Positions 1 to 11,331 of a stretch of DNA of 64,000 nucleotides are shown here, piece after piece. Each line of letters starts with the position of its first letter. Position 1 is the first letter of the stretch. The position numbers and the translations under genes are program-made. The notes under the pieces are model-generated. The model saw only the letters and a program-made list of their open reading frames with translations. It searched no databases and was not told where the DNA came from. The stretch is from the NCBI GenBank assembly GCA_039621445.1, contig CP154954.1, positions 36,193,703 to 36,257,702 on the forward strand, written 5' to 3'. The DNA comes from Euglena gracilis. Taxonomy: Eukaryota.

Positions 1-1
1 T

Positions 2-580
2 TTACCCGCCCAGCCATCGCCTCGTTAAACCCCTGTCCCTCGCCTGGCTGGTGACCCTGGCTGACGATGGCCTCGAGCACTTGGACCGCTGGGCTAGTTG
101 GGCCACAGTCCCGAGGCCCTCGCTCAGCCGGGTGGTCACCAGCTCGCTCAGGGCCGTCATCCCCCCAAAAAAAATTTCCATCTGCTTCTGCTGCAGATTT
201 TGAAAATTTTCAGCCAGCTGGGACGCTAGCCCAGCCAGGGTTCTTTCCATTTGCTGCACCACTCCTTGAAAATTTTCAATGACCCGCTGAAACTGCAGGG
301 ACACCAACTGCTCCAGGCGGCTAACTGAAGCAGCTGTGGTGGCCCCCGCTTCGGCAAGCCGACCTTGCAGTTCGCCAACCCAACCGTCCAACCGCTGGAT
401 CTCCTGCCCCAGAACACCGAGGTGGCGGCCTGAGCCTCCGCCTCCTCCCACAACCTCTGGGGGGGGGGGGGCGGGGGCTGCCTCCCCTTCGGGGTCTGTT
501 TTGGCACCAAACCCTCCTGGGCCGTCTGGCCCTCGTCCTCCCCCATTTGCCCTGATGGGGGCAGCTCCTGCAGCTGCCAT
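2..580 (-). CDS. Gag/ORF1-like protein N-terminal part with Gly/Pro linker and coiled coil, open at window edge
   Basis: ATG at 580. Heptad-like segment LGQEIQRLDGWVGELQGRL...VSRLEQLVSLQFQRVIENFQGVVQQMERTLAGLASQLAENFQNLQQKQ. Lies downstream of the PBS. Gag identity is inferred from position only. Confidence 0.5.
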   Translation of the reverse strand: MAAAGAAPIRANGGGRGPDGPGGFGAKTDPEGEAAPAPPPPEVVGGGGGSGRHLGVLGQEIQRLDGWVGELQGRLAEAGATTAASVSRLEQLVSLQFQRVIENFQGVVQQMERTLAGLASQLAENFQNLQQKQMEIFFGGMTALSELVTTRLSEGLGTVAQLAQRSKCSRPSSARVTSQARDRGLTRRWLGG

Positions 581-897
581 TGGGTGATTCCGTCTGGGGC
601 ATGTCCTTGGGGCCCATCATGCCCGGGCCCGGCATGCACCAGCGAGCAATGGTCGGGTCCGGCTGGGAAATGCCCAGACCCGACATGGCTCACCGGCGCA
701 TGTGCCGGACCGGCATCCCCAGGGTTTTTAGATGGCCCCGCTTGCAGTAGAACGGGCTGGGCCTGGCTTGCAAATTCTTCTTCGTCTTCTTCTTCTGGTT
801 CTTGCTCTTCTTCTGTGATCTTCCCCCGCATGACGAATTGCCACATGACCTGCCTGGTCATGTCATGCACAAACTCTGGCATGACCAGGCTGGGCAT
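226..897 (-). CDS. Overlapping upstream ORF with acidic tract, possibly the true gag N-terminus joined to 2..580 by a frameshift
   Basis: First in-frame ATG at 897 (MPSLVMPEFVHDM...EEEQEPEEEDEEEF). Overlaps the 2..580 ORF in another frame across a long G homopolymer near 459-471. Confidence 0.3.
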   Translation of the reverse strand: MPSLVMPEFVHDMTRQVMWQFVMRGKITEEEQEPEEEDEEEFASQAQPVLLQAGPSKNPGDAGPAHAPVSHVGSGHFPAGPDHCSLVHAGPGHDGPQGHAPDGITQWQLQELPPSGQMGEDEGQTAQEGLVPKQTPKGRQPPPPPPQRLWEEAEAQAATSVFWGRRSSGWTVGLANCKVGLPKRGPPQLLQLAAWSSWCPCSFSGSLKIFKEWCSKWKEPWLG

Positions 898-1116
898 GCC
901 GGAGAGTAGTCCCAGGCTGCCGGGAAGTGCCAAGCCGGACCCAGAAGATTGTTGCTGCTGGGGGTCCGGCTGGGCTGGCCCGCAATGGCCAGGAGCTGCT
1001 GGCCCAGTTCGTAATGGCTGGGGCTGTCATGGCTGTGGCAGGTGTCGTCTTCCTCCTCTTGGTAATCTGGGAGTTCCCCAGGCTCACATAGTGTGAGCCC
1101 AGAGGGCTCAAACCCC

Positions 1117-1128
1117 CCTCTCCTACCA
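1117..1128 (-). promoter_or_regulatory. Primer binding site TGGTAGGAGAGG, probably for initiator tRNA-Met
   Basis: Directly after the LTR CA terminus. Implies a tRNA 3' end CCUCUCC-U-A-CCA, i.e. U72/A73 as in eukaryotic initiator tRNA. One mismatch from the common iMet PBS TGGTAGCAGAG. Confidence 0.65.
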
Positions 1129-1788
1129 TGTAGGGGTTTCCCCTCCTGAGGTCCCTGCGAAGGGACCCCTGGCGGCGCAACCCGCGTAGGATCCTTTAAA
1201 GTTGAGCCCGGCGGGCCCACCTGGTGGGGGATTTTCCCTTGGTAGAAACGTGGGGTAGGGGGGATGTTGGATGTTGAGGATGATTTGAAAATGACATACT
1301 TTTGAGGTCCAATATATTGATCTTGGATGAATAACCAACAATAATCAATGACTTGAACTTGTTATTTGTAAATTGAATCTCCTTGATTTGAACCTTGAAT
1401 TCCCTTGCAAGCAAACAATTGGTGAACACAAATGGCAGTATGTGAACAGAGCCCTGTGAACAGAAAATGTACAATTGGAGGGGGGCTACATCTGGGGGGG
1501 CTACTTGGTATACTTTGCGCAATTCTTAATGAATTGCGCCATCTGAGCGCCCACCAAGGGGGTGTGCATGCTTGCGCAAAGCCGAGCAGGGTTGCCTTTT
1601 GGCCCCCTCAACCTGCCCCCTCCTTCACCTTCCCTTGGCTTGGTCAAAATGGGCTGTGGGGCCCACTTGGGGGCCAGTGGGGCCTCAAAAGGCCCTTGGG
1701 GGCCTTGGAGCCCCCTCGCGGCGCTTGGTGGTCCCTTTTCGCCCCCTTGGGGCCCCTCCTTGGGGCGGGCACCCTCGGACCGCGCAAA
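1129..1788 (-). repeat. LTR1 (5' LTR of E1), about 660 bp, right boundary uncertain (1786-1799)
   Basis: TGTAGGGG terminus at 1129. Contains CCCGCGTAGGATC (1181-1193), TTGAACTTG (1353-1361) and CAGAGCCCTG (1447-1456). Abuts satellite A. Confidence 0.65.
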
Positions 1789-4700
1789 CCTTTGCAACAT
1801 TTAGGTAAAGGATCGCCGACCCCTAGCCGGGGCAGAGCGCCCGTTTTTGGAGCGCCAACGCAGCCGATTTCCGCCGAAAATGGCCGAAATATGTCGTTTT
1901 TTGGTGGCGTCCGTTACCAACGTGCTATTTTGCGCCTCCCGGGCGGTAACTGCTGCGTTTTACGCAGGCCGGCCGCGGGCAAAATTGCGCCTGTCCGGCC
2001 GCCGCCCTTCTTCGCAACAGTTAGGTAAAGGATGGCCAACCTCTCCCCAGGGCCGAGCGCTCTTTTTCGGACGTCGACGCAGCCGATTTCTGCCGAAAAT
2101 GGCCGAAAAATGATGATTTTTGGGGCATCCGTTACCAACGTGCTATTTTGCGCCTCCCGGTCGGTAACTGCTGCGGTTTACTAACGCCGGCCGCGGGCAA
2201 AATTGAACCTGTCCGGCCGCCGCCCTTCGGAACAGTTAGGTAAACGATCGCCGACCTCTAGCCGGGGCAGAGCGCTCGTTTTTGGACGTAGACGCAGCCG
2301 ATGTTGGCCGAAAATGGCCGGAAAATGGCGATTTTGGGGGCGTCCGTTACCAACGTGCTATTTTGCGCCTCCGGGGGGTAACTGCTGCGTTTTACGCACG
2401 CCCGCCGCGGGCAAAATTGTGCCTGTCCGGCCGCCGCCCTTCATCGCAACAGTTAGGTAAAGCACCGCCGACATCTAGCCGGGGCAGAGCGCTCTTTTTC
2501 GGACGTCGACGCAGCCGATTTCCGCCGAAAATGGCCGAAAAATGACGTTTTTGGGGCCGTGGTAACAGACGCCCCAAAAATCGTCATTTTCCGGCCATTT
2601 TCGGCGCAAATCGGCTGCGTCGGCGCTCCAAAAACAAGCGCTCTGCCCCGGCTAGAGTTCGCTGATCCTTTACCTAACTGTTGCGAAGAAGGCCGGCGCC
2701 CGGACAGGCGCAATTTTGCCCGCGGCCGGCGTGAGTAAAACGCAGCAGTTACCGCCCGGGAGGCACAAAATAGCACGTTGCTACCGCCGCCCTTCGGAAC
2801 AGTTAGGTAAACAATCGCCGACCTCTAGCCGGGGCAGAGCGCTCGTTTTTGGACGTAGACACAGCCGATTTTGGCCGAAAATGGCCGGAAAATGGCGATT
2901 TTGGGGTCGTCCGTTACCAACGTGCTATTTTGCGCCTCCGGGGGATAACTGCTGCGTTTTACGCACGCCCGCCGCGGGCAAAATTGCGCCTGTCCGGCCA
3001 CCGCCCTTCGCAACAGTTAGGTAAAGGATAACCGACCTCTAGAAGGGGCAGAGCGCTTGTTTTTTGAGCGCCAACGCAGCCGTTTTCTGCCGAAAATAGT
3101 CGAAAAATGACGATTTTGGCGGCGTCCGTTACCAAAGTGCTATTTTTCGCCTCCCGGGCGGTAACTGCTGCGTTTTACGCACGCCCGCCGCCGACAAAAT
3201 TGTGCCTGTCCGGCCGCCGCCCTTCGCAACAGTTAGATAAAGGATCGCCGACCTCTAGCCGGGGCAGAGCGCTCGTTTTTTAACGTCGACGCAGCCGACT
3301 TCGGCCGAAAATGGCCGGAAAATGACGTTTTTGGGGGCGTCCGTCACCAACGTGCGATTTTGCGCCTCCGGGGGGTAACTGCTGCGTTTTACGCACGCCC
3401 GCCGCGGGCAAAATTGCGCCTGTCCGGCCACCGCCCTTTGCAACAGTTAAATAAAGGATAACCGACCTCTAGAAGGGGCAGAGCGCTTGTTTTTTGAGCG
3501 CCAACGCAGCCGATTTCCGCGTAAAATAGTCGAAAAATGACGATTTTGGCGGCGTCCGTTACCAAAGTGCTATTTTGCGCCTCCCGGGCGGTAACTGCTG
3601 CGTTTTACGCACGCCCGCCGCCGACAAAATTGTGCCTGTCCGGCCGCCGCCCTTCGCAACAGTTAGATAAAGGATCGCCGACCTCTAGCCGGGGCAGAGC
3701 GCTCGTTTTTTAACGGCGTCGACGACGACATCGGCCGAAAATGGCCGGAAAATGACGTTTTTGGGGCGTCCGTTACCAACGTGCTATTTTGCGCCTCCCG
3801 GGCGGTAACTGCTGCGTTTTACGCACGCCGGCCGCGGGCAAAATTACGCCTGTCCGGCCGCCGCCCTTCGCAACAGTTAGGTAAAGGATCGCCGACCTCT
3901 AGCCGGGGCAGAGCGCTCGTTTTTTTAACGTCGACGCAGCCGACTTCGGCCGAAAATGGCCGGAAAATGACGTTTTTGGGGCGTCCGTTACCAACGTGCT
4001 ATTTTGCGCCTCCCGGGCGGTAACTGCTGCGTTTTACGCACGCCGGCCGCCGGCAAAATTGCGCCTGTCCGGCCGCCGCCCTTTGCAACAGTTAGGTAAA
4101 GAATCGCCGACCTCTAGCCGGGGCAGAGCGCTCGTTTTTGGAGCGCCGACGCGGCCGATTTCGGCTGAAAATGGCCGGAAAATGACGATTTTGGGGGCGT
4201 CCGTTACCAACGTGCTATTATGCGCCTCCCGGGCGGTAACTGCTGCGTTTTGCGCACGCCCGGCGCGGGCAAAATTGCGCTTGTCCGCCCGCCGCCCTTC
4301 GCAACAGTTAGGTAAAGGATCGCCGACCTCTAGCCGGGGCAGAGCGCTCGTTTTTGGAGCGCCGACGCAGCCGATTTCCGCCGAAAATGGCCGAAATATG
4401 ACGTTTTTTTGGGGGCGTCCGTTACCAACGTGCTATTTTGCGCCTCCCGGGCGGTAACTGCTGCGTTTTACGCACGCCCGCCGCCGGCAATAATGCGCCT
4501 GTCCGGCCGCCGCCCTTCGCAAAAGTTAGGTAAAGGATCACCAACCTCCAGCCGGGGCAGAGCGATCGTTTTAGGAGCCCCAACGCAGCCGATTTCGGCC
4601 GAAAATGCCCGAAAAATGACGATTTTTGGGGCGTCCGTTACCAACGTGCTATTTTGCGCCTCCCGGACGGTAACTGCTGCGTTTTTCACACGCCCGGTGC

Positions 4701-7700
4701 GCGGAAAATTGTGTCTGTCCGGCCGCCGCCCTTCGCAACAGTTAGGTAAAGGATCCCCGACCTCTAGCCTGGGCAGAGCGCTCGTTTTTGGAGCGCCGAC
4801 GCAGCCGATTTCGGCCAAAATAGCGGAAAAAACGTTTTTGGGCGTCCGTTACCAACGTGCTATTTTGCGCCTCCCGGGCGGTTATTGCTGTGTTTTACGC
4901 ACGGCCGCCGCGGGAAAAACTGCGCCCGTACGGCCGCCGCCCTTCGCAACAGTTAGGTAAAGGATCGCCGACCTCTAGCCGGGGCAGAGCGCTCTGTTTC
5001 TGAGCGCCAACGCAGCCGATTTCGGCCGAAAATGGCCGAAAAGTGACGTTTTTTGGGGCGTCCGTTACCAACGTGCTATTTTGCGCATCCCGGACGGTAA
5101 CTGCTGAGTTTTGCGCACGCCTGGCGCAGGCAAAATTGCGCCCTCCAACCGCCGCCCTTCGCAACAGTTAGCTAAAGGATCGCCGACCTCTAGCCGGGGC
5201 AGAGCGCTCGTTTTTGGAGCGCCGACGCAGCCGATTTCGGCCGAAAATGTCCGGAAAATGACGTCTTTGGGGGCGTCCGTTACCAACGTGCTATTTTGCG
5301 CCTCCCGGGCGGTAAGTGCTGCGTTTTATGCACGACCGCCGCGGATAAAGCTGCGCCTGTCCAGCCGCCGCCCTTCGCAACAGTTAGTTAAACGATCGCC
5401 GACCTCTAGCCGCGGCAGAGCGCTCGTTTTTGGAGCGCCAACGCAGCCGATTTCGGCCGAAAACGGCCGGAAAATGACGTTTTTTGGGGCGTCCGTTACC
5501 AACGTGCTACTTTGCGCATCCCGAACGGTAACTGCTGCGTTTTGCGCACGCCTGGCGGGGGCAAAATTGCGCCTGTCTGCCCCCCTCCCTTCGCAAGAGT
5601 TAGTTAAAGGATCGCCTACCTCTAGCCGGGGCAGAGCGCTCCTTTTTGAGCGCCGGCGCAGCGCATTTCGGCCAATAACGGCCGACAAATGACGTTTTTT
5701 GGGGCGTCCGTTACCAACGTGCTATTTTGCGCCTCCCGGACGGTAACTGCTGCATTTTGAGCACGCCCGGCGCGGGCAAAACTGCGCCTGTCCGCCCGCC
5801 GGCCTTCGAAACAGTTAGTTAAAGGATCGCCGACCTCTAGCCGGGGCAGAGCGCTCGCTTTTGGAGCGCCGGCGCAGCGGATTTTGACCGAAAACGGCCG
5901 AAAAATGACGTTTTTTTGGGCCGTCCGTTACCAACGTGCTACTTCGCGCCTCCCGGACGGTAACTGCTGCGTTTTGCGCACGCCCGGCGCGGGCAAAATT
6001 GCGCCTGTACGCCCGCCGCCCTTCGCAACAGTTAGTTAAAGGATTGCCGACCTCTAGCCGGGGCAGAGCGCTCGTTTTTGGAGCGCCAGCGCAGCGGATT
6101 TCGACCAATAACGGCCGACAAAGGACGTTTTTTGGGGCGTCCGTTACCAACGTGCTACTTTGTGCCTCCCGGACGGTAACTGCTGCATTTTGAGCACGCC
6201 CGGCGCGGGCAAAACTGCGCCTGTCCGCCTGCTGCCCTTTGCAACAGTTAGTTAAAGGATGGCCGACCTCTGGCTGAGGTAGAGCGCTCGTTTTTGGAGC
6301 GCCGGCGCAGAGTATTTTGGCCAAAAACGGCCGAAAAATGACGTTTTTTGGGGCGTCCGTTACCAACGTGCTATTTTGCGCCTCCCGGACGGTAACTGTT
6401 GCGTTTTGCGCACGCCCGGCGGGGTCAAAATTGCGCCTGTCCGCCCGCCGCCCATCGCAACAGTTAGTTAAAGGATCGCCGACCTCTAGCCGGGGCAGAG
6501 CGCTCGTTTTTGGAGCGCCGGCGCAGGGTATTTTGGCCAAAAACGGCCGAAAAATGACGTTTTTTTGGGGCGTCCGTTACCAACGTGCTATTTTGCGCCT
6601 CCCGGACGGTAACTGCTGCGTTTTGCGCACGCCCGGCGGGGGCAAAATTGCGCCTGTCCGCCCGCCGCCCTTTGCAACAGTTAGTTAAAAGATCGCCGAC
6701 CTCTAGCCGGGGGCAGAGCGCTCGTTTTTGGATCGCCGGCGCAGCGGATTTCCGCCTAAAACGGCCGAAAAACGACGTTTTTTTGGGGCGTCCGTTACCA
6801 ACGTGCTATTTTGCGCCTCCCGGACGGTAACTGCTGCGTTTCGCGCACGCCCGGCGGGGGCAAAATTGCGCCTGTCCGCCCGCCGCCCTTCGCAACAGTT
6901 AGGTAAAGGATCGCCGACCTCTAGCCGGTGCAGAGCGCTCGTTTTTGGAGCGCCGGCGTAGCGAATTTTGGCCAAAAACGGCCGAAAAATGACGTTTTTT
7001 GGGGCGTTCGTTACCAACGTGCTACTTTGCGCCTCCCGGACGGTAACTGCTGCATTTTGAGCACGCCCGGCGCGGGCAAAATTGCGACTGGCCGCCTGCC
7101 ACCCTTCACAACAGTTAGTTAAAGGATCGCCGACCTCTAGCCGGGGCAGAGCGCTCGTTTTTGGAGCGCCGGCGCAGCGGATTTTGGCCAAAAACGGCCG
7201 AAAAATGACGTTTTTCAGGGCGTCCGTTACCAACGTGCTACTTTGCGCCTCCCGGACGGTAACTGCTGCGTTTTGCGCACGCCCGGCGCGGGCAAAATTG
7301 CGCCTGACTGCCCCCCGCCCTTCGCAAGAGTTAGCTAAAGGATCGCCGACCTCTTGCCGGGGCAGAGCGCTCGTTTTTGAGCGCCGGCGCAGCGCATTTC
7401 GGCCAATAACGGCCGACAAATGACGTTTTTTGGGGCGTCCGTTACCAACGTGCTATTTTGCGCCTCCCGGACGGTAACTGCTGCATTTTGAGCACGCCCG
7501 GCGCGGGCAAAACTGCGCCTGTCCGCACGTTGCCCTTCGTAACAGTTAGTTAAAGGATCGCCGACCTCTAGCCGGGGCAGAGCGCAGGTTTTTGAGTGCC
7601 GGCGCAGCGGATTTCGGCCAATAACCGCCGACAGATGACGTTTTTTGGGCCGTCCGTTACCAACGTGCTACTTTGCGCCTCCCGGACGGTAACTGCTGCG

Positions 7701-10700
7701 TTTTGCGCACGCCCGGCGCGGGCAAAATTACGCCTGTACGCCCGCCGCCCTTCGCAACAGTTAGTTAAAGGATGGCCGACCTCTGGCCGAGGCAGAGCGC
7801 TCGTTTTTGGAGCGCCGGCGCAGGGTATTTTGGCCAAAAACGGCCGAAAAATGACGTTTTTTGGGGCGTCCGTTACCAACGTGCTATTTTGCGCCTCCCG
7901 GACGGTAACTGCTGCGTTTTGCGCACGCCCGGCGGGGGCAAAATTGCGCCTGTCCGCCCGCCGCCCTTTGCAACAGTTAGTTAAAGGATCGCCGACCTCT
8001 AGCCGGGGGCAGAGCGCTCGTTTTTGGAGCGCCGGCGCAGGGTATTTTGGCCAAAAACGGCCGAAAAATGACGTTTTTTGGGGGCGTCTGTTACCAACGT
8101 GCTATTTTGCGCCTCCCGGACGGTAACTGCTGCGTTTTGCGCACGCCCAGCGGGGGCAAAATTGCGCCTGTCCGCCCGCCGCCCTTTGCAACAGTTAGTT
8201 AAAGGATCGCCGACCTCTAGCGGGGGGCAGAGCGCTCGTTTTTGGAGCGCCGGCGCAGCGGATTTCCGCCTAAAACGGCCGAAAAACGACGTTTTTTTTG
8301 GGCGTCCGTTACCAACGTGCTATTTTGCGCCTCCCGGACGGTAACTGCTGCGTTTTGCGCACGCCCGGCGGGGGCAAAATTGCGCCTGTCCGCCCGCCGC
8401 CCTTCGCAACAGTTAGGTAAAGGATCGCCGACCTCTAGCCGGTGCAGAGCGCTCGTTTTTGGAGCGCCGGCGCAGCGGATTTTGGCCAAAAACGGCCGAA
8501 AAATGACGTTTTTTGGGGCGTCCGTTACCAACGTGCTACTTTGCGCCTCCCGGACGGTAACTGCTGCATTTTGAGCACGCCCGGCGCGGGCAAAATTGCG
8601 CCTGGCCGCCCGCCACCCTTCACAACAGTTAGTTAAAGGATCGCCGACCTCTAGCCGGGGCAGAGCGCTCGTTTTTGGAGCGCCGGCGCAGCGGATTTCG
8701 GCCAAAAACGGCCGAAAAATGACGTTTTTTGGGGCGTCCGTTACCAACGTGCTACTTTGCGCCTCCCGGACGGTAACTGCTGCGTTTTGCGCACGCCCGG
8801 CGCGGGCAAAATTGCGCCTGTCCGCCCGCCGCCCTTCGCAACAGTTAGTTAAAGGATCGCCGACCTCTAGCCGGGGCAGAGCGCTCGTTTTTGGAGCGCC
8901 GGCGCAGCGGATTTCGGCCAAAAACGGCCGAAAAATGACGTTTTTAGGGCGTCCGTTACCAACGTGCTACTTTGCGCCTCCCGGACGGTAACTGCTGCGT
9001 TTTGCGCACGCCCGGCGGGGGCAAAATTGCGCCTGTCCGCCCGCCGCCCTTCGCAACAGTTAGTTAAAGGATCGCCGACCTCTAGCCGGGGCAGAGCGCT
9101 CGTTTTTGGAGCGCCGGCGCAGCGGATTTCGGCCAAAAACAGCCGAAAAATGACGTTTTTCGGGGCGTCCGTTACCAACGTGCTACTTTGCGCCTCCCGG
9201 ACGGTAACTGCTACGTTTTGAGCACGCCCGGCGCGAGCAAAAATGCGCCTGTCCGCCCGCCGCCCTTCCCAACAGTTGGTTAAAGGATCGCCGACCTCTA
9301 GCCGGGACAGAGCGCTCGTTTTTGGACCGCCGGCGCAGCGGATTTTGGCCAAAAACGGCCGAAAAATGACGTTTTTTGGGGCGTCCGTTACCAACGTGCT
9401 ACTTTGCGCCCCCCGGACGGTAACTGCTGCGTTTTGCGCACGCCCGGCGCGGGCAAAATTGCGCCTGTCCGCCCGCCGCCCTTCGCAACAGTTAGTTAAA
9501 GGATCGCCGACCTCTAGCCGGGGCAGAGCGCTCGTTTTTGGAGCGCCGGCGCAGCGGATTTCGGCCAAAAACAGCCGAAAAATGACGTTTTCGGGGCGTC
9601 CGTTACCAACGTGCTACTTTGCGCCTCCCGGACGGTAACTGCTGCATTTTGAGCACGCCCGGCGCGGGCAAAATTGCGCCTGTCCGCCCGCCCCCCGTCG
9701 CAACAGTTAGTTAAAGGATCGCCGACCTCTAGCCGGGGCAGAGCTCTCGTTTTTGGTGCGCCGGCGCAGCGGATTTCGGCCGAAAACGGCAGAAAATGAC
9801 GTTTTCGGGGCGTCCGTTACCAACGTGCTATTTTGCGCCTCCCGGACGGTAACTGCTGCGTTTTGCGCACGCCCGGCGGGCAAAATTGCGCCTGTCCGCC
9901 CGCCGCCCTTCGCAACAGTTAGTTAAGGATCGCCGACCTCTAGACGGGGCAGAGCGGTCGTTTTTGGGCGCCGACGCAGCGGATTTCGGCCGAAAACGGC
10001 CGGAAAATGACGTTTTTGCGGGGCGTCCGTTACCAACGTGCTACTTTGCGCCTCCCGGACGGTAACTGCTGCGTTTTGCGCACGCCCGGCGCGGGCAAAA
10101 CTGCGCCTGTCTGCCCGCCGCCATTCGCAACAGTTAGTTAAAGGATCGCTGACCTCTAGCCGGGGCAGAGCGCTCGTTTTTGCAGCGCCGGCGCAGCGTA
10201 ATTTGGCCAAAAACGGCCGAAAAATGACGTTTTTGGGGCGTCCGTTACCAACGTGCTATTTTGCGCCTCCCGGACTGTAACTGCTGCGTTTTGCGCACGC
10301 CCGGCGTGGGCAAAATTGCGCCTGTCCGCCCACCGCCCTTCGCAACAGTTAGTTAAAGGATCGCCGACCTCTAGCCGGGGCAGAGCGCTCGTTTTTGGAG
10401 CGCCGGCGCAGCGGATTTCGGCCAAAAACAGCCGAAAAATGACGTTTTTCGGGGCGTCCGTTACCAACGTGCTACTTTGCGCCTCCCGGACGGTAACTGC
10501 TACGTTTTGAGCACGCCCGGCGCGGGCAAAAATGCGCCTGTCCGCCCGCCGCCCTTCCCAACAGTTGGTTAAAGGATCGCCGACCTCTAGCCGGGACAGA
10601 GCGCTCGTTTTTGGACCGCCGGCGCAGCGGATTTTGGCCAAAAACGGCCGAAAAATGACGTTTTTTGGGGCGTCCGTTACCAACGTGCTACTTTGCGCCC

Positions 10701-11330
10701 CCCGGACGGTAACTGCTGCGTTTTGCGCACGCCCGGCGGGGGCAAAATTGCGCCTGTCCGCCCGCCGCCCTTCGCAACAGTTAGTTAAAGGATCGCCGAC
10801 CTCTAGCCAGGGCAGAGCGCTCGTTTTTGGAGCGCCGGCGCAGCGGATTTCGGCCAAAAACAGCCGAAAAATGACGTTTTCGGGGCGTCCGTTACCAACG
10901 TGCTACTTTGCGCCTCCCGGACGGTAACTGCTGCATTTTGAGCACGCCCGGCGCGGGCAAAATTGCGCCTGTCCGCCCGCCCCCCGTCGCAACAGTTAGT
11001 TAAAGGATCGCCGACCTCTAGCCGGGGCAGAGCTCTCGTTTTTGGTGCGCCGGCGCAGCTGATTTCGGCCGAAAACGGCAGAAAATGACGTTTTTTGGGG
11101 CGTCCGTTACCAACGTGCTATTTTGCGCCTCCCGGACGGTAACTGCTGCGTTTTGCGCACGCCCGGCGGGCAAAATTGCGCCTGTCCGCCCGCCGCCCTT
11201 CGCAACAGTTAGTTAAAGGATCGCCGACCTCTAGCCGGGGCAGAGCGCTCGTTTTTGGAGCGCCGGCGCAGCGGATTTCGGCCAAAAACGGCCGAAAAAC
11301 GACGTTTTTTTGGGCGTCAGTTACTAACGT
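1789..11330 (+). repeat. Satellite A tandem array, 215-216 bp monomer, about 44 copies
   Basis: Recurring GGGGCGTCCGTTACCAACGTGCTATTTTGCGCCTCCCGG...GGTAACTGCTGCG...AAAGGATCGCCGACCTCTAGCCGGGGCAGAGCGCTCG. GTGCTATTTT at 3781 and 3996 gives a 215 bp period. Confidence 0.98.
2560..2782 (-). repeat. Single inverted satellite A monomer inside the forward array
   Basis: Sequence switches to GGTAACAGACGCCCC...CTCTGCCCCGGCTAGAG...GCAGCAGTTACCGCCCGGGAGG...TAGCACGTTG, the reverse complement of the monomer, then returns to forward. Confidence 0.92.
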
Positions 11331-11331
11331 T

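Larger units (their letters stand above)
1..1788 (-). mobile_element. LTR retrotransposon E1, 5' portion (5' LTR, PBS, start of gag-like region), continues off the window
   Basis: Minus strand reads ...GGAAACCCCTACA|TGGTAGGAGAGG, an LTR ending in CA followed at once by a TGG-starting PBS and then ORFs. Shares motifs with LTR2 and LTR3. Confidence 0.75.

Noticed and set aside
1481-1490. Alternative LTR1 end at GGCTACA (TGTAG...CTACA match)
   Set aside because: It would leave 300 bp of unexplained non-satellite flank, and an end near 1790 matches the LTR2 length better. Not fully excluded.
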